DNA of 64,000 nucleotides from Caldisericia bacterium (GTDB lineage: Bacteria; Caldisericota; Caldisericia; JAAYUI01): the NCBI GenBank assembly GCA_963674785.1, contig OY771555.1, positions 1,696,001 through 1,760,000 on the forward strand. Direction: 5' to 3'. Below, piece after piece: positions 20,304 through 29,168 of this stretch. The stretch's first letter is position 1; every line of letters begins with the position of its first letter. Both the position numbers and the translations under genes were made by a program. The notes beneath the pieces were generated by a model that did no database searches, was not told where the DNA came from, and saw only the letters and a program-made list of their open reading frames with translations.

Positions 20304-21673
20304 TTGCTGTAAGATTCAAAGGAAATCAACAATACTATCATTTTAAAACGGGTGGGATAAATGTTCAAAACGGACAAGCGGTAATTGCCTCAACAGAAAA
20401 AGGGGTAGATGTCGGATATGTCTGTTTTACATCTGCAAAACCAAAAGAAGATATCCCTTTAAAAACAATACTCAGGAAAGCAAATGAGCAAGACCTTAAA
20501 ATAATCAAGGAAAACATTGACCTGGAAATAAAAGCAAGAAAACTTGCCCAAGAAGAAGCAAAAAAACTAAAACTCAAAATGACTTTCCAGGTTTGCAAGT
20601 ATAGTCTTGATAGAAAAAGAGCAACCCTATATTTCACATCCGAAAAAAGAGTTGATTTCAGAGAGCTTGTAAAAAATCTTGCGAGTTCATTGCATCTTCG
20701 AGTAGAACTCTGGCAAATTGGAACAAGGGATGAAACCAGACTCTTTGGAGGGATTGGACCATGCAACAGAGAACTCTGCTGTTCAATGTTTTATTCAAGC
20801 AGAGAATCGGTAACAGTTAAGGATGCAAAAGCACAAGGACTTGATATTAACCCTCAAAAAATCACGGGGATGTGTGGCAAACTCATGTGCTGCTTAAAGT
20901 TTGAAGTTGGTGAATATAAGGACAAATTTGAAAAGCTACCATCGGAAGGTGAACTTGTCCGTGTTGATGGAAAAGAAGGGAAGACAGTTAAGGTTAATCC
21001 TTTCGGAGAGATGATTTCTGTATCCTTCGAAGAGGGAAACATTCAAACCTTTCATGCAAGTGAAATCAAAAGAAAGATCGATGGTCAGTGGGTAGTTTGC
21101 GAATTTGAAACCAAGATTGTTGAGCAGAAAAAGAACGAATTTTTCTCAGTTTCTGATTCAGATGAAAACAACATTACAGTTATCCCCGAAGAGAGAAAAG
21201 AAAAAATCAGAACGAAGGATAATGATTCAAAGCATCACAGAAAGACCCAACCCAGACAAAAAGACTTTGAACTGAAACCTGATAAAAAGACTGATGAAAA
21301 AGGTTTTTCTGAGCCAAAGGCATTCAGCTCAAGTAAAAACCAACAGGCAGAGAAAAAACATAAACCTTTTAAAGGCAACAAATCAAGAAATACACAGCCA
21401 AAAGATAAACAAGAAAACGATCAAAGTAGACCTGAAAATAAAAAGAGATTTGGAAAAAAACTATTTGGAAAAAGAAATAATAACCCCAATCAGCAAGACC
21501 AGAATAAATCAACTGATTCAAAAAGTGGCACTCCAGATAATAGAAACAAATCCGGAGATCATAAAAACAAGAAAAACAAATCAAAAAAGGTTTCAAATAT
21601 CAAACAGTATTTGAGTAACAGAGAAAAAAATAAGAAAAATACAAATCCCAATTCAAATACTTCTGAAAAATAA
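20240..21673 (+). CDS. ricT: RicT/YaaT (PSP1 domain) protein with long charged C-terminal tail
   Basis: RVDFRELVK, GGIGPC.RELCC and GMCGKLMCCLKFE motifs. Confidence 0.9.
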   Translation: MEHSNKENNVATKDIDTVNDIIAVRFKGNQQYYHFKTGGINVQNGQAVIASTEKGVDVGYVCFTSAKPKEDIPLKTILRKANEQDLKIIKENIDLEIKARKLAQEEAKKLKLKMTFQVCKYSLDRKRATLYFTSEKRVDFRELVKNLASSLHLRVELWQIGTRDETRLFGGIGPCNRELCCSMFYSSRESVTVKDAKAQGLDINPQKITGMCGKLMCCLKFEVGEYKDKFEKLPSEGELVRVDGKEGKTVKVNPFGEMISVSFEEGNIQTFHASEIKRKIDGQWVVCEFETKIVEQKKNEFFSVSDSDENNITVIPEERKEKIRTKDNDSKHHRKTQPRQKDFELKPDKKTDEKGFSEPKAFSSSKNQQAEKKHKPFKGNKSRNTQPKDKQENDQSRPENKKRFGKKLFGKRNNNPNQQDQNKSTDSKSGTPDNRNKSGDHKNKKNKSKKVSNIKQYLSNREKNKKNTNPNSNTSEK

Positions 21674-21681
21674 AATTCACC

Positions 21682-21711
21682 TCTCCCGCATAATCAGATT
21701 TATGCGGGAGA
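21682..21711. terminator. Inverted repeat between convergent ricT and ribU, probable (bidirectional) terminator
   Basis: 12-bp perfect stem TCTCCCGCATAA / TTATGCGGGAGA with 6-nt loop; T-run shortly after on the + strand. Confidence 0.75.
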
Positions 21712-21728
21712 ACATTTTTAAAACTCTA

Positions 21729-22319
21729 CTATATCTCCATTTTTTCACCAAATATATTGTTCCAGGCAACCATGAGAGGAATTGCTATTGTTGTGCTTAC
21801 TAATCCCTGGACTCCATTGAATACTGTTGTGTTTGTGTAAATATATAGTCTTGCGAACTCCCAATTGAAACCTTTGTCCGTCATAAATGCATCTTTGTAC
21901 GGCGTATAAAGTATCGCAAGCCAGTTGATTGGCACCATAATAATAACTCGTACAATGATTCCAATTATCAGCCCAAAGGCAATATATACATACTGGGTTT
22001 TGAGATTTTTTGCTCTATCAGCCAAGATTTTTGCATATCCAACAATAACTACCATTGTTCCGACAGCAAAAAAATTCATTGATACACCAATCAGATCACC
22101 CGACTTAAGCAAGTAATGGAGGATATTTTTGATTCCAACAATTAGTAATCCTATCCATGGTCCATAAATGATTGCACCGAGAATAGCAAAAATCTCAGAC
22201 AGATCAAATTTTAACCATGGAGTCATCCAAAATGGAATCTGGATCAGCATCCCAACAAACGACAAAGCCGAAAGCATTGAAACAACGACGAGAGTGTAAA
22301 CATCCTTTAATTTGGCCAT
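21729..22319 (-). CDS. ribU: ECF transporter S-component, riboflavin (RibU)
   Basis: LKFDLSEI..I.GA..YGP..G...IKN.LH pattern; FMN riboswitch directly upstream. Confidence 0.85.
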   Translation of the reverse strand: MAKLKDVYTLVVVSMLSALSFVGMLIQIPFWMTPWLKFDLSEIFAILGAIIYGPWIGLLIVGIKNILHYLLKSGDLIGVSMNFFAVGTMVVIVGYAKILADRAKNLKTQYVYIAFGLIIGIIVRVIIMVPINWLAILYTPYKDAFMTDKGFNWEFARLYIYTNTTVFNGVQGLVSTTIAIPLMVAWNNIFGEKMEI

Positions 22320-22374
22320 TTTGACCATCCTTTCCGCCAACGGGAAACGGAAAAGTGTGATATTAGTTTATCAC

Positions 22375-22490
22375 ATACCTTCTTTCATCCGGACTATAAC
22401 CGTCGGTTCAGGACTTACACCTGATCAACAGAGAATCTCTGCTCGCGGACTTTACCGCCGATAGGGAATTTCACCCAACCCCGAAGGCTG
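22375..22490 (-). ncRNA. FMN (RFN) riboswitch
   Basis: Minus strand CTTCGGGGTTGGGTGAAATTCCCTATCGGCGGTAAAGTCCGCGAGC...GATCAGGTGTAAGTCCTGAACCGACGGTTATAGTCCGGATGAAAGAAG matches the RFN consensus. Confidence 0.95.
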
Positions 22491-22496
22491 TGGAGG

Positions 22497-22525
22497 ATTC
22501 TAGTCTAATTATCAGATAATATCAA
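22497..22525 (-). promoter_or_regulatory. Promoter for FMN riboswitch-ribU
   Basis: Minus strand TTGATA-N17-TAGAAT about 7 nt before the aptamer. Confidence 0.65.
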
Positions 22526-23201
22526 GATCAAAAACCTCAGAAATAAGAGAAATATCATCAAGAATTGAAACATCTCCATAAGCTCGGATTTTTCCGTTAT
22601 GAAGAAGTAATACTTTATTGCAGAACTTTTTTGCAAGTTCAATCTCATGTATCACTGCTAAACCACAAGAATCATCTTTTATTCTTTTTTTTATTCCGGA
22701 CAAAAGTTGAGCTTTGTATCTCAAATCAAGATGAGATGTTGGTTCATCAAGCAGGTAGACCTTTGGATTCCTATAAACAGCCTGAGCAAGTGTGACTCTT
22801 TGTAGTTGTCCATCGGAAATATCGGATATGCTTTTCTCTGAAATATCCAAAAGCTCGAATTCTTGAAGAATTTCTGATAATCTAGCCTCATCAGGTTTAT
22901 TGAGTCCAGCAACAATGAACGATTTAACTGGTAATGAGATATTTGTTTTTACAACTGGTCTTTGGACAGAGACCAAAGATGCTATTTCATCGTATCGCAT
23001 TTTTGTGATGTCTTTACCATCAATAAAAATCGACCCAGAAAAAACATCTGCAATTTTAAAAAATGATTTTATAAGTGTTGATTTTCCAGATCCATTTGCA
23101 CCAATCAGCGCAACAAAATCTCCATTTTTTATTTCAAAAGACACATCTTTCAAAACTGCTTTTTTTTCATATCCAGCGGTCAGGTTTCTAATAACTACCA
23201 T
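22512..23201 (-). CDS. Cobalamin/iron-chelate ABC transporter ATPase (BtuD/FecE-like)
   Basis: GANGSGKST, SDGQ.QR and LLDEPTSHLD motifs. Confidence 0.9.
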   Translation of the reverse strand: MVVIRNLTAGYEKKAVLKDVSFEIKNGDFVALIGANGSGKSTLIKSFFKIADVFSGSIFIDGKDITKMRYDEIASLVSVQRPVVKTNISLPVKSFIVAGLNKPDEARLSEILQEFELLDISEKSISDISDGQLQRVTLAQAVYRNPKVYLLDEPTSHLDLRYKAQLLSGIKKRIKDDSCGLAVIHEIELAKKFCNKVLLLHNGKIRAYGDVSILDDISLISEVFDLDII

Positions 23202-24196
23202 GTCGGTCTCCTGATTACCAGATATAAAAAGAATATTCCACCAACGATACTCATCACAACGGATGCCGGTATCTGCTGGTGTGGTATAATTGCCTTACCA
23301 AACACATATGCAAAGCCAAGAACCGACCCTCCAAGCAGAAGTGACCCTGGTAGCATTTGTTTTGAATCCGCACCAAACAGTTTTCTTGAGATATGAGGAA
23401 TAATCAAACCAACAAACCCAAGAAGACCCGATGTTGCAACTGCAGTTCCTGTCAGAAGTGCAACAAGTAGAAAGAGGATTCTTCTAATCTTTTTTGGGTC
23501 AACTCCGAGATATATTGAGATCTCATCCCCAAGAAGATAAGCATTTATCCCATTGAGAAAAAAAGGAATTATTGAAATTGAAAAAATGAGTGCAACAACA
23601 AGAATCAATGCATCGTTGTAACTCGCACTCGCAAGCCCATTCCAACTCCAAAAAACGCTTTTTGAGAGGATATCTCGACCATACATAACAATAAGGTAAT
23701 TAACCCCGCTTAGTACAAATGATAATGCGACTCCCGCAAGAACCAGTGAAACACCGGTGCTACCAGTTCTTCCAGCAATTATCCATATAAGTAAACAGGC
23801 AAGAAGTGAACCAATAAATGCTGACACTGAAATCGCCGACATTCCAAGAAGACCAAGCTGAAGTCCTAAAAGCAATGTGATGTTTACGCCGAATATTGCA
23901 CCTGAGCCAATTCCAGCAATGTATGGGTCTGCAAGATCATTCCTAAAAAGAGTTTGTGATAACCAGCCTGCAAGTCCAAGAGCAGAGCCAGCAAGTATGG
24001 CGACCAATATACCAGGGATTCTTACCCCATGGACAATTGCAATATCGCCTGCTGATGCGTCACCAATGCCAATCCCTGCAAAAAAAGCTTTGACAGAGTC
24101 ACTAATCCCAACACTTGACGTACCAATAACAATTCCTAGGCTAACTGTTATCAGTAGAGAAATGCCAAGCAGAACGAAAATATGTTTGTTTCTCAA
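23195..24196 (-). CDS. Cobalamin/iron-chelate ABC permease (BtuC/FecCD-like)
   Basis: Q.LFRN.LADPY..G, LG...LGV and GFVGLIIPH motifs. Confidence 0.92.
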   Translation of the reverse strand: MRNKHIFVLLGISLLITVSLGIVIGTSSVGISDSVKAFFAGIGIGDASAGDIAIVHGVRIPGILVAILAGSALGLAGWLSQTLFRNDLADPYIAGIGSGAIFGVNITLLLGLQLGLLGMSAISVSAFIGSLLACLLIWIIAGRTGSTGVSLVLAGVALSFVLSGVNYLIVMYGRDILSKSVFWSWNGLASASYNDALILVVALIFSISIIPFFLNGINAYLLGDEISIYLGVDPKKIRRILFLLVALLTGTAVATSGLLGFVGLIIPHISRKLFGADSKQMLPGSLLLGGSVLGFAYVFGKAIIPHQQIPASVVMSIVGGIFFLYLVIRRPTW

Positions 24197-25056
24197 TCAG
24201 TGATTATCTCTTGGAGTAGCGTCAGAATTTCGATAATTCTTGGGCTTGGGCGCATCAGAAGATCAGCATTTATAGAGTAGATTTTGTCATTTTTTACTGC
24301 TGAGATATTTCCGTAGCCATTTCTTTTTTTAATGTCTTGGGCTGTCTCTTGATATGGGTCAGGGATTATTATTATGTCCGGATTCAAATCAATTATTGAT
24401 TCATGTGTTGTTGTTGGGAAGTCTCCAAGGATTTGGTCTCCAAGGTTTATCCCTCCAATTTTACTGATCAAATCGGAACCATATGTGTCTTTTCCAAATG
24501 TCATTGGTGGATCACCCCAAATCTCTGTGTAAATTACAGGTTCAGACTTCTGAGAAGTGATTTTTTCAATTCCTTCTCTAAGTTCCTCTGTTTTACTTGG
24601 AACATCACAAATTTTTGCAATTCTATCAATAGTTTTTAGAAGTGACTCAATACTATTTGGATCGAAGGCGGCAACAACTATTCTTCTTGATGATGTCCCC
24701 TTAAGCCCATCCAGGATTTCCATTGGAACCATACGATTTGCAATCACAAGGTCTGGTTCAAATCCAAGAATAGCTTCAACCGAAAGGTTCATCATGTCAC
24801 CAACAGTGGGGATTGATTCAACCTCAGGTGGATAATTACAAAATGAAGTCCTGGCAACAACCCTATCACCTACACCAAGATAAAAAAGTATCTCAGTAAT
24901 ATTTGGGGTTAGTGATACAATCCTTTGTGGTGAACCATCTGTTAATATTATCTCCTCACCCAAATCATCGATAATACCTGCATCGCTTGGATTTCCACAG
25001 GAAACAAAAGATAAGACCATAACAAAGCTAACCACCAATAAGAAAAACTTCTTCAT
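24193..25056 (-). CDS. Cobalamin-binding lipoprotein (BtuF-like)
   Basis: Lipobox FVSC, PQRIVSL.PNITEILF.LG and RPSPR motifs; downstream of B12 riboswitch; GAGGAGG Shine-Dalgarno. Confidence 0.9.
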   Translation of the reverse strand: MKKFFLLVVSFVMVLSFVSCGNPSDAGIIDDLGEEIILTDGSPQRIVSLTPNITEILFYLGVGDRVVARTSFCNYPPEVESIPTVGDMMNLSVEAILGFEPDLVIANRMVPMEILDGLKGTSSRRIVVAAFDPNSIESLLKTIDRIAKICDVPSKTEELREGIEKITSQKSEPVIYTEIWGDPPMTFGKDTYGSDLISKIGGINLGDQILGDFPTTTHESIIDLNPDIIIIPDPYQETAQDIKKRNGYGNISAVKNDKIYSINADLLMRPSPRIIEILTLLQEIITD

Positions 25057-25082
25057 TTCATCCTCCTCGGGATTATTCCACA

Positions 25083-25212
25083 AATGGTATCCTGACTTCA
25101 CAGTTTCACATCACAACTCGATAACCTTCCCAGTTTCCCAGTGGTTACCGACAATTCACTGCTTACAGTGGCGGGACCGTATCAGATTTTCACTGATTTC
25201 CCATATGCTTGT
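25083..25212 (-). ncRNA. Cobalamin riboswitch
   Basis: Minus strand GGGAAATCAGTGAAAATCTGATACGGTCCCGCCACTGTAA...CCACTGGGAAACTGGGAAGG...AAGTCAGGATACC carries the B12-box consensus. Confidence 0.93.
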
Positions 25213-25278
25213 GGTGAGGATGTTTTACACCAAACAAACAAACTTGTCAATGATTTCGAAAACAATATTATAACTACC

Positions 25279-26640
25279 ATGTCTAAACCAAAATCTAAAT
25301 ATATATGCAAAGAATGCGGATACAGTAGTACACAATTTCTTGGCAAATGTCCAAACTGTATGTCTTGGGATACTTTTGAGCAGGTCACCTCAACCAAAAA
25401 AGGAACAACAAAAAAAACATCCGAAACATTTTCATTTCAGTTAAACTCTAACTCACAAGAAAAACGGATCAGTCTTGGTTTATCTGAGGTCGATAGAGTT
25501 TTTGGAGGAGGAGTTGTTATGGGTTCTGTAAACCTTATCGGTGGTGAACCCGGGATCGGCAAATCGACACTGATGCTTGAAGTGGCATGTGCATACTCAA
25601 AAAAAGGTCACAAATCCTTATATATCTCAGGAGAAGAATCACCTGATCAGGTTACTATGAGAGCAAATCGAATCGATTCTGTTGGCGAGTTGATGGAGTT
25701 TGCATTTGAAGTTGATTTGGAAACTATTTTTCAATTATCCGATGACAATAAACCAGATGTTCTTTTTATCGATTCAATCCAGATTTTATCACTAGAAGAA
25801 GGTATTCCGGGAAGTCCATCAGTTGTCAGAGAGGCAACTAGAAGGATTGTTGAATACTCAAAATCAAAAAATATCACGACATTTATAATCGGACATGTCA
25901 CAAAAGAAGGCACAATCGCTGGACCTAAAACCCTTGAGCACTTAGTCGATGCAGTCTCGTATTTGAACGGGGATAAGTATTCAACTCTCAGAATTTTGAG
26001 CGGAACAAAAAACAGATTTGGTGCAACAAATGAAGTTGGATTGATGGAAATGACTGAGAAAGGTCTTGTGAAAGCAGACCATCATAAACTTATAAGCACC
26101 AATGAAAACCCAGGCGTTGCCGTGACAGCCGTTTCTATGGGTAATAGACCCTTGGCATTGGAAGTTCAGGCACTTCTCTCACCGACATACTACCCTACTC
26201 CAAAACGTGTCGTCACAGGCTGCAGTTTAAGCAGAACCTTAATGATCATGGCAGTACTTGAAAAAAGGTGTGGTTTGCCAATTGGCAAACTGGATGCATT
26301 TATAAATATTGTTGGTGGAATAAGTTCTGAAGAGCCGTCTCTGGATTTACCCATTGCAATAGCTATTGCCTCATCATTCATCGAAAAATCTGTTCCGGAA
26401 GGGGTTGCATTTATTGGTGAGGTTGGATTGACAGGGGAGATAAGACCAGTAACAAACCTAGGGCAGCGAATAAAGGAACTTGCTAATATTGGGTATAAAA
26501 CAATGATTATCCCAAAGCAAAAAATATCTGGGCTTGAATTAGAAAAATTTGAAACAGTAAATGCTACTTCTGTAAAGGAGGTATTGAGTTTGGTATGGCC
26601 TCGTCAAGGTCGACCTTCATATGAAAGTCAAAGTGATTAA
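25279..26640 (+). CDS. radA: DNA repair protein RadA/Sms
   Basis: CxxC...CPxC zinc finger, GEPGIGKST, KNRFG and Lon-like C-terminal domain. Confidence 0.96.
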   Translation: MSKPKSKYICKECGYSSTQFLGKCPNCMSWDTFEQVTSTKKGTTKKTSETFSFQLNSNSQEKRISLGLSEVDRVFGGGVVMGSVNLIGGEPGIGKSTLMLEVACAYSKKGHKSLYISGEESPDQVTMRANRIDSVGELMEFAFEVDLETIFQLSDDNKPDVLFIDSIQILSLEEGIPGSPSVVREATRRIVEYSKSKNITTFIIGHVTKEGTIAGPKTLEHLVDAVSYLNGDKYSTLRILSGTKNRFGATNEVGLMEMTEKGLVKADHHKLISTNENPGVAVTAVSMGNRPLALEVQALLSPTYYPTPKRVVTGCSLSRTLMIMAVLEKRCGLPIGKLDAFINIVGGISSEEPSLDLPIAIAIASSFIEKSVPEGVAFIGEVGLTGEIRPVTNLGQRIKELANIGYKTMIIPKQKISGLELEKFETVNATSVKEVLSLVWPRQGRPSYESQSD

Positions 26641-27379
26641 CAGCGTCTGATGGCCACATAATAAACTCGAACTTTGCAGTCTTCTTTGAACTTATCAATG
26701 GGAATCTAACCCATCCGGAGCGCTCTGCACCACCAGGAATACTGTTGATGAAAGTTTTATCATAACCAACCTGGGTGTATGTCTCACCATCAATAATCAT
26801 TTTTGTTCTGTCAGCAGGGAATCTGCAACTTTTCTCAGTCAGGTTTTGAATCTTGATGTTTAATCTGAGATGATATGTTCTATCGCCATCAATTATTGGA
26901 CCACGTTCCTTTGTGACAGACTTAAGAGTGAAATCAATACCATTTTTGCTATACACTATCGGAGGGACTGTATCCTCTTCGGGGAGAGGATTGTTTTCTT
27001 TCATGAGTTCTTCATTGATAGCCTTGAGGTCTTCGTTTTCTTGCTCGAGTTTTGCAATTTCTGCTTGAAGGGAAGCAACATATGTGCAATCCAATTGATC
27101 AAGGGGAATATTGTCAATCGTAACTTCTCTTGTTGCGCCATTCCAATCAAGATTCGAGCAATCTGGAAGCAGTTGTTCCTGTATGAATCGTAGCGGAACC
27201 ATGGTTCTTCCGGATATAATCGCCGGTGGAGCATCAAGCTCAATCTCCTCACCATCAACAATGGCCTTATTCGAGCCAACCTTAAGAACCGCTTTCCTGG
27301 TGGGATTCTCACCCAATATCGTTGGCACTACGGACATGACCAATAGAAACACCAACATGAACGCACATATCTTCTTCAT
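26564..27379 (-). CDS. Secreted protein with copper amine oxidase N-terminal ('stalk') domain, coiled coil and DUF4352-like Ig fold
   Basis: Signal peptide; LDAPP.I.SGRTMVPLRFI motif; C-terminal beta-rich region with I.GG..RSGW..F. Confidence 0.75.
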   Translation of the reverse strand: MKKICAFMLVFLLVMSVVPTILGENPTRKAVLKVGSNKAIVDGEEIELDAPPAIISGRTMVPLRFIQEQLLPDCSNLDWNGATREVTIDNIPLDQLDCTYVASLQAEIAKLEQENEDLKAINEELMKENNPLPEEDTVPPIVYSKNGIDFTLKSVTKERGPIIDGDRTYHLRLNIKIQNLTEKSCRFPADRTKMIIDGETYTQVGYDKTFINSIPGGAERSGWVRFPLISSKKTAKFEFIMWPSDAVNHFDFHMKVDLDEAIPNSIPPLQK

Positions 27380-27448
27380 GACATTAGCATCTTATACCTA
27401 ATTGCGATACAAGTCAATAGCTATTGGTTACAGGAGGTATTTAACCTT

Positions 27449-28204
27449 TTACCAACCTATCCTTAGTCTGTCTGCCAAGAAGAGTGGAAGTCCAACCTCA
27501 GTGATACGCTTGACTGCTTCTTGGATGTCATAATCAACTCTATGAATTTGGATTATTTGACTATCAGAATCATAGATCGTATAGGTGGATTGAGGATTTC
27601 TATCGCGAGGTTGACCAACCGAGCCAACATTAACAATATATTTATAACCTGGCTCAATTTTTACTTCAAGACCATGCGATGCCCTCAAATAATTTACGTC
27701 ACCTTCATTATCAATAATAAAGACTCCAGCAATGTGAGAATGACCAATGAATGAAAGATTTCCGATCATAAGCTCAGACATCCTAAGAGCCTCAATTGGT
27801 GAAGAGATGTATTCAAATGGTGCTGAAGGGTCAAGACTGCCATGGGCTACCTGGAAATCAGAACCAGAACCTGAACTTGGTATTGTCAAACGTGAGGGAA
27901 GCTCGCTTAGGAATTTTTGGTTTGAAGGTTTAATCTGGGAGCGTTGCCATCTAATAGCGGCCAATCCATACTGATTAAAATATCTCTCTTCAGCGGGATC
28001 AATCAAAGCCTTATCATGATTTCCCATTACAGAACTGATACCAAGATTAACCATTATATCAAGACACTCATCGGGATCTGCATTATAACCAACGGTATCC
28101 CCACAAGAAATCAGTTCGTCCACTCCCGCAAGCTCGAGTTGCTCAAGAACAGTTTTGAAAGCCACTAAGTTAGCGTGTATATCGGATATTATTCCATATT
28201 TCAT
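27449..28204 (-). CDS. Metallophosphoesterase (calcineurin-like)
   Basis: SDIHAN, GD.VGY, GNHD, GHSH and NVGSVGQPRD motifs. Confidence 0.92.
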   Translation of the reverse strand: MKYGIISDIHANLVAFKTVLEQLELAGVDELISCGDTVGYNADPDECLDIMVNLGISSVMGNHDKALIDPAEERYFNQYGLAAIRWQRSQIKPSNQKFLSELPSRLTIPSSGSGSDFQVAHGSLDPSAPFEYISSPIEALRMSELMIGNLSFIGHSHIAGVFIIDNEGDVNYLRASHGLEVKIEPGYKYIVNVGSVGQPRDRNPQSTYTIYDSDSQIIQIHRVDYDIQEAVKRITEVGLPLFLADRLRIGW

Positions 28205-28229
28205 CAGAAATTATTCTAAGCTCCTTATG

Positions 28230-29168
28230 CTACAAAGTCAACTGATTTTTAAAAATATCATTTTCCTTAACAAAACCAGATACTGCGAAGTCTTTTGTAT
28301 CCATAATTCTTTTTCCTTCTCTTTGCACTTTTGAAAAAGAGAGAAGATTTTCACCACATGCTACTATAATCTTTTTATTAATACTGATTATCTGACCAGA
28401 AACATAAGAGCCTTTGTTGTCCTCAATTATCTTTGGATCAAATAGCTTAACCCTTGTATCATGAATAATACTGTAACAACCAGGTTTAGGGGACATTGAT
28501 CTGATTTTTCTGCTAACAATTTCTGCGGATTTACTCCAATCGATTAACTCATCTTTTTTATTAAGCCTTCTTGCGTAAAACAGCTTTTCTTGTGCCTGCT
28601 CGATACCTTTATATCCGTTTTTTACTTGCTCCATTGTTTCAGGAAGCATCTCTTTTGAGAGGTTTATTAGTTTTTCTTGTAGGGTTTCGTTGTTATCAGA
28701 GTCTGATATAAGAATACTTTGGTGGGCCAGTATTTGACCCCGATCAAGTTTTTCTGTGATCAGCATGAGAGAAACACCTGTTTCCGTCTCTCCTTTTCTT
28801 ATTGCCCATCTTATGGGTTCTGCACCTCGATATTTTGGTAACAACGATGGATGAATGTTTATGATTTTATTCTTCAGAGTTTTGATTATCTCAGGTGACA
28901 AAATCTCTGAATATGACGCAAGAATTGCAACATCAAAATTATATTCTCTTATCTTTTCTATGGCTTCAACAGAGTTAATTGTCTCTGGTGTAAACATCTC
29001 AATCCCAAGATTATCTGCTGCCAAACCAATCACAGATCTTACAACTTTTTTTCCTCTTCCACTTCTTCTATCTGGTCTTGAAATACATAAAACAACTTCA
29101 CTATTTTTATTCAAAAACTCCAGAATAGGAACAGAAAAATCACCGGATCCTATAAAAACTATCTTCAT
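28230..29168 (-). CDS. fmt: Methionyl-tRNA formyltransferase
   Basis: PDR.SGRG, NIHPSLLPKYRGA.PI, LDRG and QREGKR.M motifs. Confidence 0.95.
   Translation of the reverse strand: MKIVFIGSGDFSVPILEFLNKNSEVVLCISRPDRRSGRGKKVVRSVIGLAADNLGIEMFTPETINSVEAIEKIREYNFDVAILASYSEILSPEIIKTLKNKIINIHPSLLPKYRGAEPIRWAIRKGETETGVSLMLITEKLDRGQILAHQSILISDSDNNETLQEKLINLSKEMLPETMEQVKNGYKGIEQAQEKLFYARRLNKKDELIDWSKSAEIVSRKIRSMSPKPGCYSIIHDTRVKLFDPKIIEDNKGSYVSGQIISINKKIIVACGENLLSFSKVQREGKRIMDTKDFAVSGFVKENDIFKNQLTL

Noticed and set aside
25141-25278. N-terminal extension of radA (similar extensions in the track for hemW, atpB, nuoH, nuoI, nuoB, alaX, btuF)
   Set aside because: Longest-ORF artefacts overlapping riboswitches or neighbouring genes; downstream ATGs match family N-termini and SD or promoter positions
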